From: Mobula hypostoma
Taxonomy: Eukaryota
Assembly (NCBI RefSeq): GCF_963921235.1
Contig: NC_086098.1
Location: 20,646,001 to 20,710,000 of the forward strand
Direction: 5' to 3'
DNA: 64,000 bases
Under the pieces are notes generated by a model. The model saw nothing but the letters and a program-made list of their open reading frames with translations, ran no database searches and was not told where the DNA came from. A program made the position numbers and the translations under genes. Each line of letters starts with the position of its first letter. Positions within the stretch are counted from its first letter, which is position 1. Positions 11,480 through 23,089 of the stretch are shown piece after piece.

Positions 11480-13505
11480 ACATCAATGATCTTCAGATCT
11501 CATGATCAATCACTGAGTGCAGAGCATTGTGGAGCCGTTAAGCGCGGCACCTTTAAAGGTCAATGCCATGGCCAGAAACGTGGCAGGAGAGGCAGAAATC
11601 AAACCAGGCTGAAACACCGAGTAATGAGGCCTCTTCTACCCAGCGTTATGTTGGCGAATATGCAGTTACTGGAAAAAAAAGATTGACAATCCCAGGACAA
11701 AGCTGCTGTATCAGAGGCAGATCTCAATTGTTTGTTGCATTGAGACTTGGTTAATAATGCACATGCCGGATGCTGCTATCTGACCGGAAGGTTTTACGAT
11801 TTTCAGAATGGATTGAACCATGAACTCTGGTAAGGAAAAAGGTGGTAGTGTGTGCTTTTTAGTCAATTCTCTTTGGTGTTTGGACATGGGGGTTATGTTG
11901 ACCTCTTGTTCCCCTGACTTAGATCACCTAACGATCAAATGTAGACCATTTTATTTGCCTCGGGAGTTCTCATCCATGATCCTGACCGCGGTTTATATAC
12001 CACCAGCGGCTGATTATAAGCAAGCACTTGTGGAACTGCACGACGCCATCTACAGGCAAGAAACAGCCCATTCCGACACATTTCAAATTATAGTCAGTGG
12101 CTTTAACCAGGCCTGTTTGAAGAAAACCCTGCCTGATTATCACCAGAATCTAAACTGTTGCACCAGAGGACCCAACACACTAGACCACTGGTACAATACG
12201 ATAAGGAACGCCTATTCTTCCTTTCCAAGACTGTAGTTTGGCAAGTCAGCTCATTTGCCTGTAGCCCTACGACCTGCATACACAGAGCCTAGAGCAAAGC
12301 TACAGAGGTCAAGTCGGCCAAGAGCTGATTGCGGGAGGCAGAGGAACGGTTGCGGGATTTCCTTGAGTCAATGGCCTGGGTGGCGTTCAAGCACTCCTCT
12401 GAGGATCTGAATGACTACACCAGGGTCGTAACAGACTTTATTAAAACAGCTGTAGATGAGAGTGTCCCCATGAAATTGTTCAGGGTTTTCCCCAGTTAGA
12501 AGCCCTGGATGCACCATTCTGGAGACCAAGAATGCTGCAAGAGGTGCAAGTATGATCTTTGGAAACCGATCTCAAAGACAAAGTGGAGTTTCTGGACTAG
12601 ACTAGAATCAACAAGGGATGCTCAACAGCTGTGGCAGGGTCTGAATACCATAACTTCTTATAAAGTTAAATGTAGCAATGTAGGGAACAGCAGAACTTTG
12701 CTTCCAGGGGAGCTCAATGCCTCCAATGCTCGCTTTAATCACCAGAACAGGGAGGAACCATCGTGCACCCCTATGTCTTCAGATGATCCTTTGGTCTCAG
12801 TATCTGAAGAAGACACAGGGGCTGCCTTCAAGAGAGTGAATGCAAGGAAAGCATCCAGTCCCGATGGAGTACCTGGCCAAGTACTGAAGACCTGTGCTGA
12901 CCAACTGGCTGGTGTTTTCACAAATATATTCAGTCTCTTCGCTATGGCAGTGTGTGGTATCCACTTGCTTAAAGCAGGTTTCAACCATACCGGTGCCCAA
13001 GAAGAACACGGTGACCTGCCTCAATGACTATCATCCAGTGGCACTTACATCCACAGTGAGGAAGTGTTTTTCAGCTCCTGTATGTGTGGCGACTTGGATT
13101 CGCTCCAATTTGCCTACTGAAGCAACAGGTCCATGGCAGATGCCACCTCATTGGCTCTTATACACAACCCTGGAACATCTGGACAGCAAAGGTGCATACA
13201 TCAGGATCTTCTTCATCAAATACAGCTCAGCATTTAATACCATCATCCCCTCAAAACTAATCAATAAACGCAAAGTGCTGGGCCTCAATACACCCTTGTA
13301 CAATTGGATCCTTGATTTCCTCACTTGCAGACTCCAGTCAGTTCGGATTGGCAAAAACATCTCTACAATCTCCATCAGCACAGGAGCACCACAGGTACAT
13401 GTGATTAGCATCCCGGTCTATTCACTTTACACCAATGGCTGTGTGGCTAAGTACAGCGCCAACACCATATACAAGTTTACTGATGACACCACTACTACTG
13501 CAAAA
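11480..13505 (+). mobile_element. Rex1/Babar-type LINE, decayed APE + RT
   Basis: LPSVMLANMQLLE, KGGSVCFLVNSLWC, TIKCRPFYLPREFS..AVYIPP, CLNDYHPVALTS, YSSAFNTIIP, YKFTDDT. Confidence 0.88.
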
Positions 13506-13516
13506 TAGCACAGGTT

Positions 13517-13795
13517 TAGAAACATAGAAAACCTACAGCACAATACAGGCCCTTTGGCCCACAAAGCTGTGCTGAACATGTCCTTACCTTAGAAATTACC
13601 TGGGGTTACCCATAGCCCTCTATTTTTCTATGCTCCATGTAGCCATCCAGGATTCTCTTAAAAGACCCATCGTTTCCACCTCCACCGCCACTGGCGGCAG
13701 CCCATTCCACACACTCACCACTCTCTGCGTAAAAAACTTACTCGACATCTCCTCTGTACCTACTTCCAAGCACCTTAAAACTATGCCCTCTCATG
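13517..13795 (-). mobile_element. CR1 LINE 3' end
   Basis: TAGAAACATAGAAA tail; matches 54783-55065. Confidence 0.85.
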
Positions 13796-14643
13796 TGAAA
13801 AACCACCAAACTGTGACAGGACCAAGTTGTGCAATCAGAATACTGATTTTAATGGAATATTCTTTGCTACAAATATTGTACCACAGTAAATTTTTAATAC
13901 CACAGATAGTCAAATAATGTTGCATTTTCCAATCAGTAATTCAACTTTAAAAATTGCACACAGCTTACAATAAAATAAATTATGGTTATAATAGGCATCA
14001 TCAAGTTACCTATTTTGTATGATTTGAAGAGACACAGACATTTAGCTACATTGTGAAAAGTTATTAAAAGAAGAATCACTCTACTGGAAAGATCTCATAA
14101 ACGAACTGAAAAGTTCCTCATTCAAGGCAGCCAATATTAACTAAAACAATTTAAACTTTTTAAAATGCTCACTATTGCCCAATGTGATATTAATAACGTA
14201 TGCGAACCCAGCCAAAAGTAAGACAATATCAGTTTGCAAACATCATTCAGTGGTACATAAACAAAGCTTTTCCAAAATGACAATTAGGTTGACTGGCAAA
14301 AATGGTAAAATACATTAAATATAAAATATTTTAAATACATAAAATATATTCAATGCCAAGAAACAGTCAATGTAAAATGAGAAGTCTTCAGCCACTTTAT
14401 GTTCCAATAACTAAAGTCTTGAGATATTCCATTCCTTATGAAAACATAATTATGGCAAATATTTAAGCATACTTAGAGGATACTCAATAGGCAATTCTGA
14501 AATATATAAATTTTACAGAGTTCTTGAAATTGTATTTCTTCACAAGCAACATAGGTGGACACATGAATTTGTAAATTTTGACATTTTCAAGCAACTGGTT
14601 TAAAATCTAGAAATGTTTGAAAGTCTGGTATTTTCTCAATAGT

Positions 14644-15622
14644 TACACACTCAGTGGCCACTGCATTAGTTATAATTGCTCGTTAATTCAAGTATCTAAT
14701 CAGTCAATCATGGGGCAGCAATTCAATGCATAAAACCATGCAGATACGATTAAGAAAATCAGTTGTCCTTCAGTCCAAACATCAGAATGGGGAAGAAATT
14801 AAGGAAGCTAGGGCTTTACTCTCTGGAGAGGAGGAGGATGAGAGGAGACATGATAGAGGTATACAAGATATTAAGAGGAATAGAAAGGCTGGACAGCCAC
14901 TGCCTCTTCCTCGGGGCACCACTGCTCAATATAAGAGGACATGGCTTTAAGGTAAGGGGTGGGAAGTTCAAGGGGGATATTAGAGGAAGGTTTTTTACTC
15001 AAAGAGTAGTTGGTGCGTGGAATGCACTGCCTGAGTCAGTGGTGGAGGCAGATACACTAGTGAAGTTTAAGAACTCAGCAGGTCGGGCAGCATCCGTGGA
15101 AAAGATCAGTCGACGTTTCAGGCTGGAACGTCGACTGATCTTTTCCACGGATGCTGCCCGACCTGCTGAGTTCCTCCAGCTTGTTGCGAGTGTTGCTTTG
15201 ACCCCAGCATCTGCAGATTATTTTGTGTTAGTGAAATTTAAGAGACCACTAGACAGGTATATGGAGGAAATTAAGGTGGGGGGGTCATATGGGAGGCAGG
15301 GTTTAAGGGTTGGCACAACATTGTGGGCCGAAAGGCCTGTACTGTTCTATGTTAAATGTGATCCAAATGCCTTGGACCATGAAATGATTGTTGCTGCTGG
15401 ATGGAGTGGTTTGAGTATCTCATAGGATGCTGACCTCTTTGGATTTCATGCACAACCGTATCTCGCAGGGGTTCCTACACTGGGGTCCACAGACTCATCA
15501 GTGGGTGCCCATAGCATAAAAAAGGTCGGGAACCCCAGGGTTTAGAGTTTACAAAGAATAGCGTGAAAAACAAAAAAAAATCCAGCAAGTGGCAGTTCTG
15601 CGGGTGAAAATACCTTGTTAAT
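14644..15622 (+). mobile_element. Tc1-like non-autonomous element hosting a CR1 3' fragment (~14795-15350), a PLE hairpin and a small hAT MITE (~15466-15538)
   Basis: TA-CACACTCAGTGGCCACT terminus (compare TGGCCACTTTATT near 39500); CR1 peptide LGLYSLERRRMRGDMIEVYKI..FFTQRVVGAWNALP. Confidence 0.7.
15073..15228. mobile_element. PLE-derived hairpin micro-insertion
   Basis: Perfect 47-bp arms 15071-15117 / 15127-15173; 15-bp TSD TAGTGAA(G/A)TTTAAGA 15058-15072 / 15229-15243. Confidence 0.9.
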
Positions 15623-16123
15623 GGCTGTTATCACCCCATTATTACCCCAACTCTGCCCACCAAAGGTTCGTCATTGCAATTTTTCCTTGTAGAACTTTTA
15701 TTTCTAGCAGGGAGTAGTCAGAATTTGGAGGATTACTATGCCTAAGTATATTATTTTGAATTTAGGATATTAACCAGTATAGTTTACCCATTTGCTGAAT
15801 TAACCTGATGAGGCAATTAATTTACATGGCATCTGTTAGCTTGGCAGCAGCTGACAAATTATCGTAATGATGATACTGTTATAATACAAGTAATATTTTA
15901 ATTCTGAAGCTCTTGAAGGTGTAAAAGTGATATGTTGTTTGTCACTTCAAATTTCAAAATGGAGCAAAATTTTAACAGATATCTTACAGTAACGATAAAC
16001 AACTGTTTCATGTATAAACAAACTCCTGGGCTGTGAGTGGCACTGTAAATCAAGATAGTTTTCTGAGAGCCAGCGTGTCCTTGGTTTACTGCTTGTGTGT
16101 TGCACATTTAAACGATCTATTGT

Positions 16124-16180
16124 TCATCGAGTAGTTCCCCAAATCCACAGCCATTCTGGTATGTACTGGGCAAATAAAAA
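16124..16180 (-). CDS. HSDL1: HSDL1 last coding exon (FLFAQYIPEWLWIWGTTR*)
   Basis: Polypyrimidine tract + AG at 16181-16182, phase 0; matches the HSDL1 C-terminal FLFAQYMPEWLWVWG; stop TGA 16124-16126 may result from a frameshift. Confidence 0.9.
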   Translation of the reverse strand, partial: FLFAQYIPEWLWIWGTTR

Positions 16181-17413
16181 CTGCAAAGAAGAAAAAAAGA
16201 ATCATAAAAATAATTTTGTACAAGTTATAAATGTTTTGTTTCACAGAATGGATTCCTTGCAATTAATGATACTCTGTACCCCCTAAAGCAAAATACCAAC
16301 AGCTGAATAAATTTAGGGCATTTCTTTTATTCTTTCACATGATGTGAATGGCTTTGACAATTCACCCAGTTATTATCAATTCCTCACTGCCCCAGAACTG
16401 GGAGAACAGTTAAGAGGTAAGCATGCTGGAAGTCTAGAATCACTTTGGGGAAGACCAGTGAATCACAAAGATAATACGTACCATCAGATTCAAGGATAAC
16501 TTCTATACTGCGGTTATCAGACTTTTGAATAGACCTTTCATATGCAAAAGATTCAGCAATCTGACAACTTTTCCCATTGACTTCTTCACAGCCCTTGCAC
16601 TTTGTTTACCTGCATTGCACTTAAGTGGCTAAACTATATTTTGTATTTTGCATTCTGTTTTCTTTTTATTACCCTGTACTTATGCATGGCAAGATCTGCC
16701 TGGATAGGATGCAAACACAAGTTTTTTTAAGTGCATCTCAGTACACACGTCAATAGTAAATCAATGTTCTATTTTGGTCATCAAGGGTGTACGCTTAGAA
16801 CTTGCCATCCAAGTAGCCAAGCTGAGTACATGGCTACTACATTTCTACTACAGTGCTTTGATAGAGAGTGTTAAAGGCAGTGGATGAACTGCCAATCAAA
16901 CAAACTCTTCACTTGCATGGATCACCTGTGCTCATCTAGAGAAGCAGAATGTATGCCATCAGACTTCATTGTTGATGAAATAAATGCTTTAAAGCGGTCA
17001 CAAAGTGCACCGAGCTTCTGATCTGCTGTTGCAGTATTAATATCTTTGAAAATAGAATTGAATAGTGTATTCATCAGAAAATTTTTCATTTCTGACCTTG
17101 TGTTACAGCAGCTTTAAGAATATTGAATGCCCAAAGGAACTCCTGCAGTGATAAACTGGGGTGAGATGACTGATCTCCAACAACTAAAGCAATCTTCCTT
17201 TTTGTAAAGTATGACCTCTAATAGTACAGCATTTTCACCTTCATGTGCATTAACTTATTTTATCATGGCGCTTTGACGTTACCTTTGATTAGGTGTTCTC
17301 TTGGGGCTTTAGTCTATCATTGCTTCCCAAATCTCCCTGCTCGCCCAACGTTTTCTCCTTTAGCAACTCACGTTAAACCAGTCACTCATTAACAATTCTC
17401 TATTCAGTTGTTC

Positions 17414-17827
17414 CCTCCAAGAGGACCACAACCTTGTCATAGGGTTTGGAGGTTTGCGTGCTTCAATGACCCGAACACCTATGTTAGCTGGAGTCAGGGC
17501 TTTATGCTATGGCTGTTGGTGGGATCACCCATGCCAAACAGATCAAAGGCCAGACGAAGAGTGGTCCACCAGTCCTCCAGGTTTGGGGCTTCAGCTCAGG
17601 GCTAACAAACCTGACTAGTAAAACAAAATTGTTACAGAAACAGCAATGAAGAGTCCTTCTACATCTGAGTGCGATGGTATTCCTGAGTCTCCACCCAGGA
17701 CTTGCATGACTGACAGTAGAGAAAACCAAGATGAAGTGACTGATATGATGAAGGAAGCCCTGAACACTGCCAGAGATAGAGGAAATTCATTGCTGCCCTA
17801 AATGCCAGTGGTGTGTTGGGCAGTAAG
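17414..17827 (+). mobile_element. Full-length RTE-related short non-autonomous element
   Basis: 13-bp TSD TATTCAGTTGTTC 17401-17413 / 17828-17840; RTE-like head (CCTTGTC...TCAATGA...CTATG) and CAGTAAG tail; no ORF. Confidence 0.8.
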
Positions 17828-17999
17828 TATTCAGTTGTTCAATAATTATCTTTTTTTCTGTATTGCAATCTTAGTTCATTACCCACCTTATATCATTAAG
17901 CCTATCAGATATTTTAAAATCTTCTAACCCTATCCCCTGTTCTCTTATTACATTGCTGAGACTTATATCTATTTTGATAGTATCATTCATTTGTTTTAT

Positions 18000-18243
18000 T
18001 CGTTCATTTAGAGATACAGCATGGTATCTTGTTCAGTGAGCCCACGCTGCCCAATTATACCCATGTGACCAATTAACCTACTAACCATATGTTTTTTGGA
18101 ATGTGGGAGGAAACCAGAGCACCAGGAGAAAACCCACACCATCACAGGGAGAACACACAAACTCCTCACAGTCAGTGCGAAGAATTGAACTCAGGTTGCT
18201 AAAGTTGTAATAGCATTACACTAACTGCTGCGCCACTGTGCCA
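18000..18243 (-). mobile_element. tRNA-derived SINE
   Basis: Minus strand begins GGCACAGTGGCGCAGCAGTTAG (A-box-like), then GAGTTCAATTC (B-box-like); similar copies at ~22805-23075 and ~63878-64000. Confidence 0.75.
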
Positions 18244-19331
18244 CAACAAAATTTGTTTTATTTATTCTGATCTTTAGTCATAATCCATGCTTGAAACAAC
18301 CAACTTTCAACAATTATATTACTTATTAGCAAAGCTTTCACATCTAATAAGCTGTACCTGCTCAGCTTGCACATTCCTTTTGATTACTTCAATTACTAAT
18401 TTAAGGTTCAATAATTGAGGAAAGAATGTGGGGTCAGGCATTCTGAGAGTAGCCTTCTCTTCAATACCTATCTAAAGTTCTTATATAGAGCTTGATTTAA
18501 CATTTCAGCAAGAGACAATGCCATTGTCAATGCAACATTTCCCTAGTAATATCAAGGTAGGCTATATTCAATTGTTTTGCTGTCAGCCTGAGCCATGTCT
18601 TTCTAAATAGAGATGAAAGCGCTGCTAATTTAAAAGCAATGGTTCTTTGGCAGGCTGTTTAGTTCCAGGGAACATCCGCCTAAATGGATCATTTCTTTTA
18701 GAAATGCAGGCAATGGCTATTGTCATTCTAGCTATTAATAGTTCTGTGAAATTAAGAAAGAGACACTGCTATAACTGAGCCAAAGTAGCACATTCATTCC
18801 AGAAGCTTGAGAAAATAATGTTGGACAAAGTTCCAGTTCAGAAAAAGTTAGTACTGCATTTAATAGGTTCTCAATACTGGCAAAAACATTAAGCCCCTCA
18901 CTGGCTTTTGAAATAAGTAAAGTGTCTACTGTGTATTTGAAGAAAGCATTGTGGTGCTTTCCAGCATCCTAGTCAAGATATGCACATCAATAAACCTTCA
19001 TTAATATGCATTTTAATGAGTCTTTGGTTTCTTTATTTTGTAGCTGCCTGTAAGGAGACAAATCTCAAGGTTATATAATGTATAAATACTTTAAAAATAA
19101 ATGTACTTTGAACTTTGAGTCACTTTCCATTTTATTTGTTTGCAAGACCTTCCTAACAAATAACTACATAATTTCCCTCTCATTGATTGGCTATTGATTG
19201 AACAGATTACATTCCAGATAAATATTTAAGATGTATTAACATTATGAAAAGTGCGAAAGAAATTCAAGAACTTGTGTATTGTAACGCCATTTTCAAATCT
19301 CAAAAATTGCAACTTTCTACATTATAATTAC

Positions 19332-19559
19332 CTGGACTGAATGCATCCAGTAACCTGGTGTCCTGTTGGATATTCCGAGGGTCGAAACTGCATGACGTAC
19401 ATAAAGATTAGGTGACGGTGCTAGCCAGGAGAAGAAATGCAGACCCTCGCTGTGCCCATCTCCTTTAGTTGTTATAGAAAATGGCAATAAACTCTGAACA
19501 AAGATTCCTTTGGGTGCATATTCACGGTGCAAAGCTCTGCTAAAATAGTCCAAATACAT
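19332..19559 (-). CDS. HSDL1: HSDL1 coding exon 3
   Basis: 228 nt, AG/GT bounded, phase 0/0; [47 protein letters not shown]. Confidence 0.96.
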
Positions 19560-19696
19560 CTGGAAGTTAAAATAGATTATTGTTAACCTTTTAATCTTCT
19601 GCTAGTTACTTCCCCTTCTCTACATTTCTTTCTCCTGTCTGCCATCATAGCTTTCAATGAAAAGTAGTTAACTCTGCACATTTCATTCAGTAATAA

Positions 19697-19920
19697 TTTA
19701 AACGCAAACAACAGGAATTCTGCAGATGCTGGAAATTCAAGCAACATACATCAAAGTTGCTGGTGAACGCAGCAGGCCAAGCAGCATCTGTAGGAAGAGG
19801 TGCAGTCGATGTTTCAGGCCGAGACCCTTCGTCAAGACTTCGGCCTGAAACGTCGACTGCACCTCTTCCTACAGATGCTGCTTGGCCTGCTGCGTTCACC
19901 AGCAACTTTGATGTATGTTG
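19697..19920. mobile_element. PLE-derived hairpin micro-insertion in an HSDL1 intron
   Basis: 81-bp arms 19742-19822 / 19840-19920 with 1 mismatch; 15-bp TSD TTCATTCAGTAATAA 19682-19696 / 19921-19935. Confidence 0.92.
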
Positions 19921-20109
19921 TTCATTCAGTAATAAGTTCTTTCTCAACCCTTCTCAGCCTTAAACCAGGGCAAATTCTTTGTCATGCCATTGTATCAGGT
20001 TTCTACTGATGTTAGTAGTTCAGGGCAATCAAACAGTATTCAAAAACCAGCTCACTTTCCAATTTACTTTCACTTTCATTAAAAGAGATTCGAATGGGTG
20101 ATGCTAATC

Positions 20110-20787
20110 CAGACATCCCACCTCTCCCTGGAACATCCGGGAGTCTCCCGCATATTAATAGTGACTCCCTGATGCCCGCAAATTATACACAATATCACGG
20201 AAATCAATTTTTTTGAGAGCAAGCGAGAGAAAAGCAAGAGAGAGCGCGTGCGCGAGACAGAAAGCAAGCGAGAGCGCGCGAGTGAGAGCGAAGGCGAGCG
20301 AAAAAGCGAGAGCGCGCGACAGCGAAAGCGAGAGAGAGGGAGAGAGCGAGCGAGAGGGAGAGAGCGAGCGAGAAAGCAAGCGAAAGAGAGGGAGAGAGCG
20401 AGCGAGAGAGAAAGCAAGCGAGAGTGCTTGAGAGCGCGACATGGCAAAGTGTTCCAAAAAAATATAAAACGTACGTCACCCTAGACTACACTAAAGTGTA
20501 CCCCTGCCTAATAGGGGTCAAAATAATGACAGTGTTGCTTGCTGCTCTTTTTGCAACAGTGACTTTTCTACTGCCCATGGTGCGTTAAGACTGTTAAAGA
20601 CATGTTGAGGTGAGTTTAACAGGTGTCATTCGTTCATTAGCATAGCTAACATTATTTAAACTAGCTGGCTAGCTGCTGAGGAGCTGCTCTATTGCAGACA
20701 TCCCACCTCTCCTGGAAGTTCCGGGAGTCTCCTGCAAATTGATGGTGCTACCTTCCTGAAATGAGTTTTTGCAGGGTGGGATGTCTG
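20110..20787 (+). mobile_element. Non-autonomous hAT-like DNA transposon with 6-bp TSD
   Basis: TIRs CAGACATCCCACC / GGTGGGATGTCTG; flanking CTAATC at 20104-20109 and 20788-20793; decayed zinc-finger exon 20441-20609. Confidence 0.85.
20214..20437 (+). repeat. Degenerate (GA)n/(GAGC)n purine microsatellite inside the transposon
   Basis: GAGAGCAAGCGAGAGAAAAGC... low complexity; explains the spurious ORFs at 20079-20484. Confidence 0.9.
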
Positions 20788-20884
20788 CTAATCCTCAGAA
20801 CCATCTAGATAAAGCAAAATATAAACACCTTGTGCAACATCAAAACAACTACATAATTGTAATTTTAGTCACATTATACTTATA

Positions 20885-21692
20885 TGGGAGGAGCTAAAGA
20901 TGGCACCAGCTCATCAGCGAAACAGTTAAATTCTTCCTATTCTAATGTCTCTGTTTTCCTTTCCAGGGTAGCTGGAGTCCTAACAGGATATTTGATCTAC
21001 AGCAGCATTCAAAAACTTCAGTTCTGTGCAGTGGTGTGTTACCATTCCTGGAGCTCACCGATCAGCCATGTTTCGTATGTCCAGGTGTGGCCTAAAGTTA
21101 GGCGGCTTCTGAGCCTTGCGTGGCCCTGTGGATATAAATTCTCGCCAGTGTCGCGAACTGAAGCGTAGAGGGGATACACACAAAGGCAGTGATAGTGGCT
21201 GTCAGAGAGCTCCGCACTTGGGATCAATCGCTCTCTCTTTGAGATGGTGAGGGAGTCTGCTGCCGATTCTCGAGTCTGGAAACTCAAAATAAAAGGCAAT
21301 GCTTCAGACCAGACTGACTATAACATCAAAGTAGCGACTGTTTGTCTCTCCTCTTGCTGTGGAAGCAGCGATATCTGTCTCTCCATTGTTAGTGAGAGAG
21401 AGCCTGTGGGATGTCGAAATTTTGGAGCGAACGGTTAGCTTTTGATATACTGTAGACCACGGTCTCGCTCTGGGGGCTTTGCTGGGAATGCTGATGCTTT
21501 ATGCCAGAATAAGTGGGGGAGGGTTGATGTTTTTGCTGCAGCTCGTGCGTGGGAGTGGGGCAGGGGGCTTCGGGGTTCTTGCGTTTTTTTCTGTCATTCA
21601 TTCTTTGGGGGTCTTCTTCTGTTTCAAAGGTGGCTGCAGAGAGTAAGATTTTCAGGTTGTATATATTCTCTGATATGAAATGGAACCATTGA
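20885..21692 (+). mobile_element. ORF-less ~0.8-kb interspersed repeat (related copies ~26038-26795 and ~38570-39330)
   Basis: Shared internal blocks and 3' end GAGTAAGA(A)TTTCAGGTTGTATA...GAACCATT; AAGATGG-type head. Confidence 0.6.
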
Positions 21693-21839
21693 ACACAAAG
21701 CCAGAGTTCCAGAAGGGTTTTTAAACATGTGGCTTTTCACATTGCATCAGCCTGGAACTTCCAGCAAGCAGTACCTTAAGCAGTCACTCAGAATAGAGGA
21801 TTATTTGCTTCTACTCCAGTTTAGTACGTTCTGATGTGA

Positions 21840-22370
21840 CTGGTGCCAATGAGCAACCTGCCAGGCAGGAACTTTGGAAGGTGGTGCACTCCTTCACTGT
21901 ACACAGGGTTTCTATGTGTTCCCGATGCAGGAATGCACAAAATCCTCAACGGGATCTTGGTTTTTACAGCAGCCTTGAAGCTTTTCCAGTGCCAACTTAG
22001 TAATGCCTTCTTATACAGAGTTGAAAAATTAATATCAATTTTGGGAGACTGACAACAGACACGTAAACAAACATGTAAGCAGAGTTGAATAAATGTAATT
22101 AGAGTCTCATTGCTGAGTGTATCGGCCTCAGAAAAGTCTCAATATTATTTCTTCAGCCTACCATGGACTTGAAAAGATATCACTGTTGGGTATTCATCTG
22201 GTCCTTTGATCTGACTGCTGCAAGCAGCCCAGCTCTCAGAAGTATACAGGTGGCCAGGGATCACTGTATTCCAGCAGATGAGGACTTTTGTCCCAGCTAT
22301 GATCTTCAAACACACTTTCTCAGATGACCAAAGGCAATGCTGGTGCGCTGAAGGGAAGCTGGGTTTTAGC
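21840..22370 (-). mobile_element. Old RTE (BovB-like) LINE fragment
   Basis: TKVLI..TVIPGHLYTSESW resembles the RTE RT C-terminal LLYGxExW region. Confidence 0.55.
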
Positions 22371-23089
22371 AATCATATCTGCTTTTCTAAGAGTTGGATC
22401 ATAAGATGCGACGATTGATTCATATTTTCCATGGTCTCATTATCAGAACTGATTCCACATCCTATGGACTCACTTTCAAGGACTCCACAAACTCACGTTC
22501 TCAGTATTATTTTTTAAAGCTTTTTTTGTATTTGCACAGATGGTCTTCTTTTGTACATTGTTGTTTATTGATTCTGTTGTATTTGTTTACTCTACCTTGA
22601 ATGGCCCCAGTGACATATACATACTTTAATAATATCTTATTTTGAACTTTGAAGTTAGTATTGTACAATAGCAGCAAGTTTTGTTTGTGGATGTTAAAAA
22701 GGTGGTCCATTCTCTCAACTTTCAAGGAAATATTTTGCTCAGCCTCATCACAATTCCTGACCAACTAGAAACAAGGAAAATCCAACAAATGTGGGAAGCT
22801 GCAACAATGTGTAGCAATTAGCATTACAGTTTACAGTGCCATCAATCACAACAAGGGTTCAATTCCCATGGCTCTCTGTAGGAAGTTTGCATGTCCCCCC
22901 CCACCCCCCAAAGACCATGTGGGTTTGCTTGGGTGCTCCGGTTTCCAAAGACGTACGAGTTAGGGTTAGTAAGTTGTGGGCGTGCTGTCTTGGCACAGGA
23001 AGCAAAGCAACATTTGCAGGATGGGCCCAGCACATCCTCAGACTGTCGTTGATGCAAACGACACATTTCACTGTATATTTAATAATAAT

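Noticed and set aside
14763-15425. 220-aa ORF
   Set aside because: Chimera of Tc1, CR1 and the hairpin insert; insert plus TSD is 171 nt, which keeps frame by chance.
18000-18243. tRNA gene
   Set aside because: A/B-box-like head without a cloverleaf, followed by a SINE body found in several copies.
20079-20484. RS/RE-rich and LS-rich ORFs
   Set aside because: Translations of a purine microsatellite.
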